Positions 27,040 to 38,997 of a stretch of DNA of 64,000 nt are shown here, in pieces (position 1 is the first letter of the stretch; the number at the start of each line of letters is the position of its first letter). The notes under the pieces are model-generated. The model saw nothing but the letters and a program-made list of their open reading frames with translations, had not been told where the DNA came from and made no database searches. Location of the stretch: contig OX597814.1 of the NCBI GenBank assembly GCA_951406725.2, forward strand, positions 122,140,001 to 122,204,000, given 5' to 3'. This DNA comes from Octopus vulgaris (taxonomy: Eukaryota). The translations under genes were made by a program, and so were the position numbers.

Positions 27040-27510
27040 GGTAAAGTGGCAGTAGCTTAAGATGAAATGTCTTGTGGGATAGAATCAGACTCTTATAATT
27101 TCCAGTTCGTATCTTGCCAGTGCCAATTTTATATATTATCATTTCAGTGTTGATAAATAAATTAGCACTTCAGTGCTGAAGTCGATTCCTCATCATCGTG
27201 ATCGTCATCGTCGTCGTCGACGTCATCGTCGTCGTCGTCTTCTTCTTCTTCTTCTTCTTCTTCTTCTTCTTCTTCTTCTTCTTCTTCTTCTTCTTCTTCT
27301 TCTTCTTCTTCTTCTTCTTCTTCTTCTTCTTCTTCTTCTTCTTCTTCTTCTTCTTCTTCTTCTTCTTCTTCTTCTTCTTCTTCTTCTTCTTCTTCTTCTT
27401 CTTCTTCTTCGTCTTCTTCTTCTTCTTCTTCTATCTCCTTGCCTGAAAAACAGCCTAATTTCTACCTGAACCGAAATTGGTGCCGCCAGATTCAAGATAT
27501 GCATGACACT
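27040..27510 (-). pseudogene. Relic exon: FBG C-terminal half split by a (TTC)n expansion
   Basis: Acceptor TATGCAG, then ECHAYLESGGTNFGSGRN* in register with CACGIERNCTD....CNC; beyond the microsatellite INTEMIIYK..IRTGN..LKLLPLY. Confidence 0.4.
27200..27431. repeat. (TCG)n/(TTC)n microsatellite
   Basis: Seen directly. Confidence 0.95.
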
Positions 27511-27608
27511 CTGCATATCACAACAAAATCAATGCCATTCTGTGTGGATTCGAGGGCCAATGTGGTCTATGTAAGTCTGCATGTGTGTGGGCATGCGTGT
27601 ATGATAGC

Positions 27609-27694
<86 letters not shown>

Positions 27695-27695
27695 T

Positions 27696-28054
27696 GTTTC
27701 TTTATTAGCCACACAGGGCTGAACACATAGGGGACAAATTACAAATTAGAGCTTTTCTTTTTGTGGAGAAAAAAAGATGGGTGAATGTAGCAAGAATGGC
27801 ACATATGAATGACGAAGCCACATTGAGCATAATCCTATGAACCCGGAAAAACTTAAAACAGAGAGTTACTTACGTACAAATAAATATGTTAACATGTGAC
27901 ATTATTGACCGAGGTTACCGTGGTCTTTTACGTAGGCTTTTCTTTCCACGGATAAACCTTATTTGTTTCCCATTTTACATTTTGCATCATGACATTTCCG
28001 TGATACACTATCCCTATTGATCGTTATTTTTCTTTTTTACGATCCCTTTTGATC
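27696..28054 (-). mobile_element. Second Tx1-like copy in (GATA)n, with 5' inversion
   Basis: 27696-27775 matches 6980-7062 directly; 27770-28054 matches 7468 down to 7079, inverted. Confidence 0.85.
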
Positions 28055-28505
28055 GATAGATAGATGGATAGATAGATAGACAGACAGACTGACAGGAACA
28101 GAAACAGAACCACACATTTAATTATATATAGACAAAGTAACACATCGACATACATATCTGCCAGTATAACCATACTCAGAATTAGGCATGCATTCAGAGA
28201 CACACATTCGGAAACAAATACAGGAAAACAGATACACAAAGGCGTAGAAGTACAATTAGTTATTTAGAATGCATAAAAAGAATGATATCCATATTCATTC
28301 ACATATGCGCACGCACACAGACACTCAGACACGCGCGCAAGGCTTTAGTGACAAGAAGGCGAGCAGAAATTCAGACAGCATTTGAACTTATATACACATA
28401 AATGCAAACATACAGTCAAGCACAGTTATGCTCATACATATAGATATAAAAACATACTTTTTACGTCTAAACACAAACACGGATAGACAAAAAATATATA
28501 ATAGG

Positions 28506-28555
<50 letters not shown>

Positions 28556-28557
<2 letters not shown>

Positions 28558-28693
28558 CGTAGGAGTGGCTGTGTGGTAAGTAGCTTGCTTACCAACCACA
28601 TGGTTCCCGGTTCAGACCCACTGCATGGTACCTTGGATAAGTGACTTCTACTATAGCCACGGGTCAACAAAAGCCTGAAAGAAGCCCGTCATA

Positions 28694-28762
<69 letters not shown>

Positions 28763-28994
28763 GTGAATATGTGTTTGTGTGTCTGTGTTTGTCCCCACAA
28801 CATCGCTTGACAACCGATACTGTTGTGTTTACCTCCCCGTAACCTAGCGGTTCGGCAAAAGAGAACGATAGAATATGTACTAGGCTTACAAAGAATAAGT
28901 CCTGGGGTCGATTTGCTCGACTAAAGGCGGTGCTCCAGCAGCTCCACAGTCAAAATAACCGAAACAAGTAAAAGAGAGAAAGAGTAAAAGAGTA
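28556..28994 (+). mobile_element. SINE family A
   Basis: Head and tail present. Confidence 0.9.
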
Positions 28995-29193
28995 ATTATA
29001 GGCATGAGTAAACGAAACGGTAGGAAAGATATTGGCTAGATGAAGAGAAATTCTGAACTGAGTGAACGTGAATAAATAGAAGAAAGAAAGAGAGAAAGGA
29101 AGAGCGTATGATTAATGAGAAGGAGCTATGAGAAGAAATAGAGAAAAAGAAAGGACGAAGAGAATTTAAAATAAAACAAACACTACAATAATT

Positions 29194-29391
29194 TATGCTA
29201 CAATGTATTACAGAATAAATCTAAAATTTCAGCCAACACGTTGTATGTAAATTAAGGGGAATTAAATTCACTGGACATTTGTGTGAAAAAAAGACAGTTG
29301 TTTACTACTGTCCAGTGAATGTAATTCAGTTTACGTCACTCACGTGTTTTTGGTTGAATTCTTAAATTTATTTTATAATACATTACAGCAT
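29194..29391. repeat. Imperfect ~200 bp palindrome (MITE-like)
   Basis: Arms ATGCTACAATGTATTACAGAATAAAT..ATTCACTGGACA and TGTCCAGTGAAT..ATTTATTTTATAATACATTACAGCAT; a further right-arm copy lies near 29711-29762. Confidence 0.75.
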
Positions 29392-29469
29392 CAAAGCAAA
29401 CATTACTTAGTGCATCAGTAATTTATTAGCCAAACTAGCGGTTAACTATGCGTTATTTATGCAAATCAG

Positions 29470-29700
29470 TTTACCCGATTTTGTGTAACCCATAATGATA
29501 ATAACAATTATAAAAACAATGTCTCAATAGACAAATATAGTTAGGCTATCAGTTCCCGCTGATATCCTGATCTCCCCAAATGGGATTGAAACCGTTCAGA
29601 TTGAATCTTCTATTTCTGTCCCTGGAAAGATTGTTTAATCACAATTAGTAGCTGTTCACAACTGTTCTCCGTAATTAACAAGGCTCAATTTACATGTCCA
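29470..29700 (+). pseudogene. Relic exon: FBG N-terminus
   Basis: KQCLNRQ / PADILISPNG / GLKPFRLN / SVPGKIV*SQLVAVHN (cf. ID.DG.GPL.PF.V.C....G.V.T.L.H). Confidence 0.55.
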
Positions 29701-29912
29701 TAATGACGTATTGATCAAAATCTTATAGTTTATTCTATAATATATTACAGTATCAAAACAAACACAGTTTAGCTATTTAACAATTATAGATTCAAACTTT
29801 CTAACAAGGAACGTGTTTCGAATAAGATAATGAGGAGAGAATATTCAAAGAGAAGGGAATGAGGCGAGAATGACAGACAGAGGTCAATCATGAATACTTT
29901 TTCGTTTCGTAG

Positions 29913-30300
29913 GAACATGTGTGTGATTAAGAAGTTACTTTTGCAACCAAATGGTTTCTGGTTCTGTTCCATTACATGGTACCTTCAGCAAGAGTCTTCT
30001 ACTATAGATCCGAGTCGCTAAATACCTCTTGAGTGAATGTCATAGCTGAATACGGTAAGAAATCCCGTCGTGTGCATGTGTGTGACTTTGTGTTTTGTTT
30101 GTTCACCACCATCACTTGACAACCGATGCTAGTTTGTTTACGTCTTCGTAACAGCTGTGCGGCATAAGAAGCCTACAACTAAGTACGAGACTTTAAAAAA
30201 ATAATAAGTAGTGGGGTCGAGTTATTCGACTAAAATCTTCGCAATGTTGCCCCAGCATGGCTACATTCCAAGACTAAGAAAAGAGATAAGAGTTAAGAGA
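29913..30300 (+). mobile_element. Diverged SINE family A
   Basis: Collinear with the family but degraded. Confidence 0.75.
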
Positions 30301-30349
30301 AAAGAATATTCATATTCTCAAAACAATCTCAAAGCTATTTCCTTTTATT

Positions 30350-31180
30350 ATATTGGAATTGAGTATTGAGCGGAGATATGATGTCATGGTAGCTTTTGGA
30401 TTTAGAATAAGAGATTATTGATAGAAGTAATTCCTGCTTGTAGAGTTTGTGTTAACAGTGAAATGCAATGATATAAATGTGTAGGAGACTAATGAAGGCT
30501 CTTGCTATATAGATGCTACGTTCAAACTAAAAGAGGGACGGCATCAATTTTCTATGACGTCGTTATTGACTTCTGTAGCAATATTAAAACTATTAATAAG
30601 ATGTTTTAGTTGAATATGTAATATGTAACAGACGGTTTGACGTCTATTTTTAGCATACAAGGGATCCACACAGTGATTTCTCATATTGTTTATATCTTAA
30701 ATGGAATTCACGGTTCTCGGACATTTTTAAGTATGCTGACCACTAGTTGAAACTGGTATTATTTAATATTATTTAATAATAGTAATTTCTACTCTTATTA
30801 TTTAATTTCGTATATCTGTGTTCTCTAGCCAGTTGATTCATTGCAGTTATTTTCTGTTTTAACGCCCTATTATGAGGGCGTTTGAATCGAAGTTGAAATA
30901 CATGATATTAGAACTCTATACACGGAGACGGATGGTGTCCAGTTCCATTGTTGAGTCAGCACCGATTTTACAGAGGAGACAGATAATTATTGAATTGTTC
31001 CTGTTGAAACTTTCAGGTATGGAATTAAGTACTGTGCTTATTTCTTTTCATTTGTCTAGCTCGTAAACATCTAGCGTCTTCCTAATCTGAGAACACAGAT
31101 TTAGTGATGAGACGGATTGATGTCTATTTTTAGCATAAAAGTGATCCACATAGTGATCTCTCATATTGTTTATATTGAAA
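30350..31180 (+). pseudogene. Relic FBG middle and C-terminal segments, partly duplicated
   Basis: EIIDRSNSCL*SL/LTVKC (cf. LLNRS.SC.Q.L...C); LNCSC; LVNI*RLP/HRFSDETD; 70 bp direct repeat at ~30628 and ~31110. Confidence 0.55.
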
Positions 31181-31193
31181 TATAATAGAAACG

Positions 31194-31279
<86 letters not shown>

Positions 31280-31285
<6 letters not shown>

Positions 31286-31515
31286 TTGTATGTAGTTGTG
31301 TGTCTGTGTTTGTTTCTTCACCAACACCAACACCATTATCACTTGACAACAGATTTTGGTGTTTTATGTACCCGTTACGTAGCGGTTCGTCAAAAGACGA
31401 CGATAGAATAAGTACTAAGCTTAGAAAGAATAAGTCCTGGAGTCGATTTGTTCGGCTAAAGACGGTACTCCAGCATGGCCACAGACAAATGACTGAAACA
31501 AGTAAAAGAAAAAAA
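31280..31515 (+). mobile_element. SINE family A, 3' half
   Basis: Matches the family. Confidence 0.85.
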
Positions 31516-31719
31516 GAACATATGTGTGTATATGTGTGCATGCATGTATGTACCTATGTATGTATCACGAGTATTTATATGTATATACATACACACACAC
31601 GCATATGTATATATATATATATGCATACATATGTGTTTCGAAAACAGTACTACGTCCTTGTTTTCACTATTTTATTAGAGTATGCTCATATCTTCTTTAT
31701 TTTGGTATACGTCGCTTCG

Positions 31720-31900
31720 TTTTGAGCAGTAACATTCCTAAATTGATCAACATCAACGTTGATTGACTTTCTCAAATCAGTCTCATCATCAAATTGTGAA
31801 GTGTTACTGATGTGTTTAACTGCCTCATAACATTTGAAGTCCTAATGATGGAACGTTGAAATTTATCAAACGTTGATGAAGAAGTTAGAAATTTTATTAT
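31720..31900 (+). pseudogene. Possible relic FBG middle segment
   Basis: LSQISLIIKL/KCY and I*SPNDGTLKF. Confidence 0.35.
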
Positions 31901-32184
31901 TTCAAATGAACTCAGAGAGGTTCATAATCTCAAATGAGAAAAACATTTTAACTTAATCATGAACGTGCTTTTTAATACTTTTCTCCAAGAATTTGTTCTA
32001 CAAGCCCGCACACGCACGAACACACCCACACAAACACGCACATAGATGTATATAAGTGTGTATATGTAAGTACTTATGCTTGTGCCTTTTCACACACACA
32101 CAAAAGACGCACACAGACATATACTATATATATATATATAAAGTCATAAATCACTTACATATGTGTGTACATATATATACATAA

Positions 32185-32275
<91 letters not shown>

Positions 32276-32337
32276 ATTTTTACTCCTTTTACTAGTTTCA
32301 CCCATGCGGCTGCGGTCATGTTGATATACACATTTAC

Positions 32338-32507
32338 ATGCTTAGCAGTATTTCGTCTGCCTCTACGTTCTGAGTTCAATTTACACCGAGGTCGACTTTG
32401 CCTTTCATCCTTTCGGGGTCGATTAAATAAGTACCAGTTACGCAATGGTTTCGATGTAATCGACTTACCCCCTCCCTACAAATTTCAGGCCTTGTGCCTA
32501 GGACAAA

Positions 32508-32510
<3 letters not shown>
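32338..32510 (+). mobile_element. SINE family B
   Basis: Core and tail present. Confidence 0.85.
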
Positions 32511-32565
<55 letters not shown>

Positions 32566-32637
32566 ATTCATACATGCTCACACACCTGTATATGTATATA
32601 TAAGTATATATATATATATGTGTATGTGCATATAATA

Positions 32638-33019
32638 CGAGGGTGCGTAAAAAAGTAATACCATTTTGTTTACAAACACAGGAACATGTATCATACATCA
32701 AAATGAAGCTGGTCCTCTGTGCGTCACATTCCTACTTCTCGACATAGTCACTGTTTCTCTCAATAGCAATATTCCACCGTCGAATGAGAGCAAGTATCCC
32801 TGCCCCATAATATTCTGTTGACTGTTCTTTAAGCTACTTCTTCAGTACAGTTTGCAATTCCTCGTCACTGGAATAATATTAAGAGAAACGGTGAATATAT
32901 TGAGAAGTAGGAATGTGATTCACAGAGGACCAGGTTCATTTTGATATATGATATATGTATCTGTGTTCGTAATTATACCTGTCCTAAACAAAATGGGATT
33001 ACGTTTTGACTCACCCTTG
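32638..33019. mobile_element. Mariner-derived fold-back MITE
   Basis: TA flanks; ~125 bp inverted arms; minus strand encodes a mariner C-terminus YSSDEELQTV..RWNIAIERNSDYVEK*. Confidence 0.85.
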
Positions 33020-33319
33020 TATATATAACTACATGTACGTATATATATATATAATAACAATTTAATAAATAGAACAATTTAATAAATATATATATATATA
33101 TATGTATGTATGTATTTACAGACACCTGCGCATGCACACATACATATGTATATATACAAATAATTAAAATATTCCACTAATTTACTAAATGACGCCTGAA
33201 AACATTAAAGAACAACATAATCACCTATCGTTCAGGCTCATTGAAAACTACTACATAACCCTAACATAAGCATACCACTTGTACACACTATAGCGGTATC
33301 TCCCTAATTTGTTATACAG

Positions 33320-33465
33320 TGAGGTACCTTGCCAATGTAGAATATTTTGGTAGTAATTGAAAGTGTAATACCGCCGTGGTGAAGACGTATAAATAAAGTG
33401 AATTAGCTTTAGATATAGATCATCAAAGAACTCTCAGCTACAAAAGACACTTGTATGTTATGTAA
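33320..33465 (+). pseudogene. Relic exon: FBG C-terminal half
   Basis: VPCQCRIF / KCNTA..DIDHQRTLSYKRHLYV (cf. KCACG, CNCD, GFLSYKDHLPV). Confidence 0.6.
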
Positions 33466-33737
33466 CCTGCTCGAATCAACAGTCAAATCCTTCAATGCAT
33501 ATTAAACCGTCTTTAGAACGGACACTATATATAATGTGTTTTTGAAAATAAAAGTAACTATTCTCAGATGATGCGTTTTTAGCCATATATCTGTAAGTGC
33601 GGGCCTTATCGAAAACGTCGCTGGTGTATTATATACAACAGCTTTCATCTTGTTTTAATAAGAAGTACATTATCATTTTCTGTTTTTCTCATATTCTATT
33701 TTGGTTTTTTTTTTCTGTAATGAAAATTACCACTTAC

Positions 33738-34370
33738 ATTTTTATGGTGATATAAACATGGAATTTGCTCATGGAACTGAACCAACCATGTGCCTGTTGC
33801 TTTTTTGTATATCATTCCATGTTGTACTAAGGGCACACAGTGTTATACAGTACTGCACACATTGGTATGCGCGAATAGCTTGGTAATACGTATCATAATT
33901 TCGTTAGCAGTCTCAGATATCTAGGTACTCGCCAACAGACATATCCAACCTCTCGTTCTCCTTTAGTATTGACTCAGTGACACTCCACTGCTGTGGTAAC
34001 TGGGGGAGGAAAGAGCAATACCAGCACAGGGGTTGCACGTATTTCCATTTAACTTGACAGGAGAAACATGAACTGAAGTGTCTTGCTGGAGGACATAATT
34101 CATTTCCATATCCATAAATTGTACTCATGACTATAATTATGAGCCTTGACACCTGATGCACTGGGCTCCACTCTTTCGTTGTATAACACATTGAACGCTA
34201 ATTTTTTTGTTCTACTAACTGCCCACAGTAATCTTCACTCTATTAATTAAATGGTCTCTTGTTTTATTCAGCACAAATATTCCAGTTTGCACATTATACA
34301 TCTTTCTTGTACAAACATAGTTATTGTTATTGCCGTAGTGGAACATCCACGATATACATATTTTATAAAT
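33738..34370 (-). pseudogene. Relic exon: FBG C-terminus + EGF + FBG N-terminal two thirds
   Basis: Acceptor CACAG, donor GTAAGT; GIFVLNKTRDHLINRVKITVG / SMCY / SGAQCI / YGYGNELCPPARHFSSC / QPLCWYC..QWSVTE / QAIRAYQCVQYC / HGWFSSMSKFHVY. Confidence 0.7.
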
Positions 34371-35327
34371 CTGTGCTGAAAATATTCAGCTACAGAGACT
34401 ATAAATTTATTTTTAAAACAACAGAAAACAGTCTGTAAATTCTCTTTAGGAAAATTAGATAAACTTAAGTCTTTATGATCTGACATGTAGCGTGTGCTCC
34501 AGCACACACGGCAAGTTTATATTTATCATTCCTTGTTAAAAAATATTTTTAGCAAACGAGAATTTGATAAAATTAGACAGTAACTACTCATTACTGCCTG
34601 ATTTTATTTGACTACCAATATATATCATTCATGCCGTATGAATAAACGAGTGTTGATGCATGAGGAAGACAGCAGTTAGCTTTTTTTTTTCGTTCATTTT
34701 ATTTAAGCAAGTTTTGAGAACAACAAGATATATAAATACAAAGATCCGCGTGACAGAATTCTGCTTTCCAGGAAATAATGACGCAACGCGGTATTCTGTA
34801 ACGTGAAGTTTATTTCCCATGCTGTTTTACGCGATGAATTGAAATGTATTCCGACAGATAAATGATAATAAATACAACCAATATAATTTATACACGAAAC
34901 ACATATAGTACAGTTTGTATATCTAATGCAGATAGAGCGAAAAAGCTAAGGAGTAGATAAGGCAGTAATATTGAAGTTCGATTGTTAGCACTCACCACAG
35001 AAATGTTGACTGATGTTTAGCGCATGGGGATAGGAGAAGGGAATCTACGTTTTACTATGTAGATCATGATCTGCAACGAAGTGAAGAACAATATTGTTTC
35101 ACATTTACAGTGTATTATTTCATTGTACATCTCAGTATTGAATTTGAGTTTATAAGAAACTCTTTCTGTAAGATTCACTGACCCTGTGAGTGTCTTTCGG
35201 GGTCTTCAATTGATATAAAAAGACCATTTTTATAAACATAGTTTTGCACATCTACCCAACCTATCCTTCGTCTTTCAATAATACACTACACATTATAGTT
35301 TGTTTTATTATTACATACAGACACTAA

Positions 35328-35725
35328 GGCGGCAAGCTGGCAGAACCGTTACCACGCCGTGCGAAATGCTTCGTGATATTTCTTCTGCCGTTACGTTCTG
35401 AGTTCAAATTCCGCCGAGGTCGACTTTTCCTTTCATCCTTTCGGGGTCGATTAAATAAGTACCAGTTACGCACTGGCTCAATATAATCGACTTAATCTGT
35501 TTGTCTGTCCTTATTCGTCCCCTCTGTCTGTTTAGCCCCTTGTGAGTAGTAAAGAAATAGGTATTTCGTCTGCCGTTACGTTCTGAGTTCAAATTCCGCC
35601 AAGTTCGACTTTGCTTTTCATGCTTTTGGGTCGATAAGTTAAGTACCAGAGAGTCACTAGAGTCGATGTAATCGACTAATCCCCTCCCCTCAAATTACAA
35701 GAATTGTGTATATAGTACAAAGGAT
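35328..35725 (+). mobile_element. SINE family B, dimeric form
   Basis: Head, two cores, linker and tail. Confidence 0.85.
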
Positions 35726-36189
35726 TATTACACACGCACTGTTTTTATGTCTTTAAAATTTGATTTTCTTCTAATTTTTTACTAACTTTTGTCATAGTTC
35801 TTACAAAAATAATTCATTAAGAGAGCAAATTAGTTCAAATGTTACAGCATCAGATACAATATTTTGTTATATTCATTCATTGTCTGCTATCTGAGTTCCC
35901 ATTTCGCCGAGGTCAGCTCGTCTGTTCACCATTTCGAGTTCACTAAATAAAAAATCAAGCAATGGAGTCGAATTCATTCACATTTTCTCTTGATTGTACT
36001 TGAAGCTTAACGATCCATCTTCGCCATAATGCGCTATACTACATATGCCAGAAGAGTTTCATTAAATCTACGCATAAGTGTCGGAATACTCAACCACTTA
36101 CATGTTAATTTCGCAAACAGACATACAGTTGATGGAACAAATGGAATATTAACCCACAAATAAGTGCTAATATTTCATACCGAAATAGG

Positions 36190-36400
36190 GTGGCGAGCTA
36201 GCAGAATCATTACTGGCCAGGCAAAATGCGCAGCGATGGTTCTTCCAACTTTACATTCTGAGTGCAATGACACCGCGTTCGCCTTTACCTTTCATCCCAT
36301 TTCGGAGTTGGTTAGTAAGTACCAGTTGAGCACTAGGATCAATGAAATCGATTTACCCCGTCCCCGAAATTGCTACACTTGTGCCGAAATACCTGATAAA
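36190..36400 (+). mobile_element. Diverged SINE family B
   Basis: Degraded head and core. Confidence 0.65.
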
Positions 36401-36451
36401 TATTTCATACCTTAGACAAGTCCAAACAGTGACCTGAACAATAACAATAAC

Positions 36452-36507
<56 letters not shown>

Positions 36508-36509
<2 letters not shown>

Positions 36510-36655
36510 TCGAAAAATACCTTAGGAATGAGAACCCAGGTTCGTAATTTCCCACGACACTTAAGAAGGCTGGAGGGTACATCAGCCGAAACGTTGTGTT
36601 AACAACAAACAAGATGAGGACAAATATCCGTTGAATGTAAATACTGTAAATAACG
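36508..36655 (+). mobile_element. Short hammerhead-bearing repeat (probable Penelope pLTR fragment) next to (AAT)n
   Basis: GACA-CTTAAGA-A-GGCTG-N10-CAGCC-GAAAC-GTT-GTGTT; core G mutated. Confidence 0.55.
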
Positions 36656-36873
36656 TTAGACAAGTTTATTGATAGGTATTTGTCGATATAGATACGAAGG
36701 CTGTTATTACAAAGCAAATATATTGCTACACATCGTATATATATATTTATTCTTTGTACCAGTTCAGTTTCTTAAATTCTTCGGTGTTATTTTACTGTGT
36801 GGTCTGTCTGGCCATTTACAATTTAGTGTGTAGTCTAAACCTTATCCTAAACTCAGGGCCGTCTTGACAGCGT

Positions 36874-37323
36874 TGTAGAAACCTGAGAAAATCAGTACGC
36901 TGGTCCCTATAGCATTTACACATTGACAACAAGCTACCTTAAAAGTTGTTCTTCAATGAAGTGTTCTTCTTAGCTGTTTATTGTTACAATGTCAGAACCG
37001 GATCCCTAAAACAATGAGACCCCTGAATAACGGACTTTTATGCCTATGCCTTAGGACGTACGGCCTGAACTTTATCCCAGCTCATGCACTACCCAAGAAC
37101 AGGTCATTTTATAAGGTGTAGAAACCTGAGCAAATCAGTACAATGGTTCCTGTTCTTCTTCAATGAAGTGTTCTTCTTAGCTGTTTCTTGCTACAATGTC
37201 AGAATTGGAGCCTTAAAACCATGAGACCCCTGAATAACTGCCTTTTATGCCTATGCCTTAGGACTACAACCTAAACCTTACCCAAGCCCTAACACTAACC
37301 AAGATCAGGTCATTTTATAAGGT
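36874..37323 (+). repeat. Diverged tandem duplication (units of roughly 245 and 205 bp) overlapping a hAT-like MITE
   Basis: TGTAGAAACCTGAG...CAGGTCATTTTATAAGGTG occurs twice; CAGGGCCGTCTT at 36855. Confidence 0.75.
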
Positions 37324-37905
37324 GATCTACGGATACAACTCTAGACCACACACTACAGTAGCACCAACTCTTTTCTTTATATAGTCTGCAACGGTAATCG
37401 GCTTTCTTTCGAAAGATAAGGTTTACAAATTGTCAACTATTTTTTTTCCACTTGATTAAAAATTATGAATCCAATAACTTTTCAATATCCTCGCTCTTTG
37501 AAAAATTTTTTAATCAAACAAGATTTTAAAAAGAAACCTATTTTATGACATAAATAAATAATTGACTACATAAGCAAATATATAGAAAATACAGAGACAC
37601 ACAGACAATACGTGCATATGTAAACATCTTTTATTGGTTCTTGCTATAAATTTAATAAAAATGTAACCCGAAGAACGTGCAACACATTATGCCTACATAA
37701 TACGTTGTGTTGGTGTGTGCGTCAAAGTTTCTACGTATATATATATACATAATTAGATAACTTGAATTTTGCAGTAGGCGGGTTTCATACATACATATAC
37801 ACATAGATGTGTGTGCGTGGGTTTGAGTGTCTGGTGAGACAAATATGATAATAGATCACGTGTTATACATACATATGTGTGTGTGTGTGTGTGTGTGTGT
37901 ATACA

Positions 37906-37962
<57 letters not shown>

Positions 37963-38636
37963 ATATATATATATTTGACTGCGGCCAAGCTAGAGCTCCG
38001 GCTTCAATCAAACAAATCGTCACAAAAGACTTATTCTTTGTACGCCTACTACATATTCAATCGGTTTCTTTTTGCGTAATATCTAAACACAACACCATCA
38101 GTTGACAAGCGATGTTGGAGGGACAGCGAGACACACACACAGATGCATATATATGTATAAATATATATATATATATATATATGTAAAAAATGAAGTTCGA
38201 AAATGCTGCTGTATTATACAATTTTTAATTTTTATATATACATTATAACATGTTTCAGTTCCTGAAATGAACCTTATCAAAAAAAGTTATATATAAAAAA
38301 AGAGACAGCTCATGCCGTCAAACACAAGAAATTCATTTATAATACACAACGGAGTCAGACATCTTAGAGTTCATGTATAGTTGATATATAGTTCATGTAT
38401 AGTTGATATATAGTTTGAAGTATATTTCAAAGTGTTCGATGCAGTGGCCCACGGTGGCGATACGTATTCAATACAAAAAACAGATCAAAGTGGTGGAAAG
38501 CGGTCAATACAGAAGATTGATGTTTCCGAAAGAGCGAGGAATTCATTTTTACCTTAAGCAATTGTGATGACCCATGGTGGAAGTTCGCTGGGTGGTTCTA
38601 GTGATTTTTTGTGACATGCTTGGTTTTATAATGCCT

Positions 38637-38997
38637 GTTAGGTGGTCAATCTAGCGTAGCGTGACGTCATCAATGTTTTGACCAATCGTTTCGTTAGGTG
38701 GCTTTAATCAAGTGGAACGGGACGTCATCATTATTTTGACCAATCGCTGCATTATAACTCCCTCTTGTTTGTTTCCTGTCTTGACCAGTCGCTTCGTTAG
38801 TCAAGCATAGCGGGATGTCATTCAGATTCTGCCCAATCACGACTTATAGCTACATTAGATCTGTCCCCTGTCTGTACTTGTTAGGTGACTATTCAAGCAG
38901 AAAAGGACGTCATCAATATTCTGACTAATGACTGTCTCCTGTTTGTATCCTGTCCATTCTACCAGAGCTAGACGTCATCAACTTGTTGACCAATCAG
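38637..38997. promoter_or_regulatory. Five-unit array of GACGTCAT-N11-CCAAT (CRE/ATF-like site + CCAAT box)
   Basis: Units at 38663, 38721, 38814, 38906 and 38971, all with 11 nt spacing; one mismatch each in units 3 and 4. Confidence 0.6.

Noticed and set aside
38366-38414. 22 bp direct duplication
   Set aside because: Ordinary slippage with only two units.
38637-38997. Repeat-spacer pattern as a CRISPR-like array
   Set aside because: Eukaryotic context, degenerate repeats, irregular and mutually related spacers, and no cas genes.
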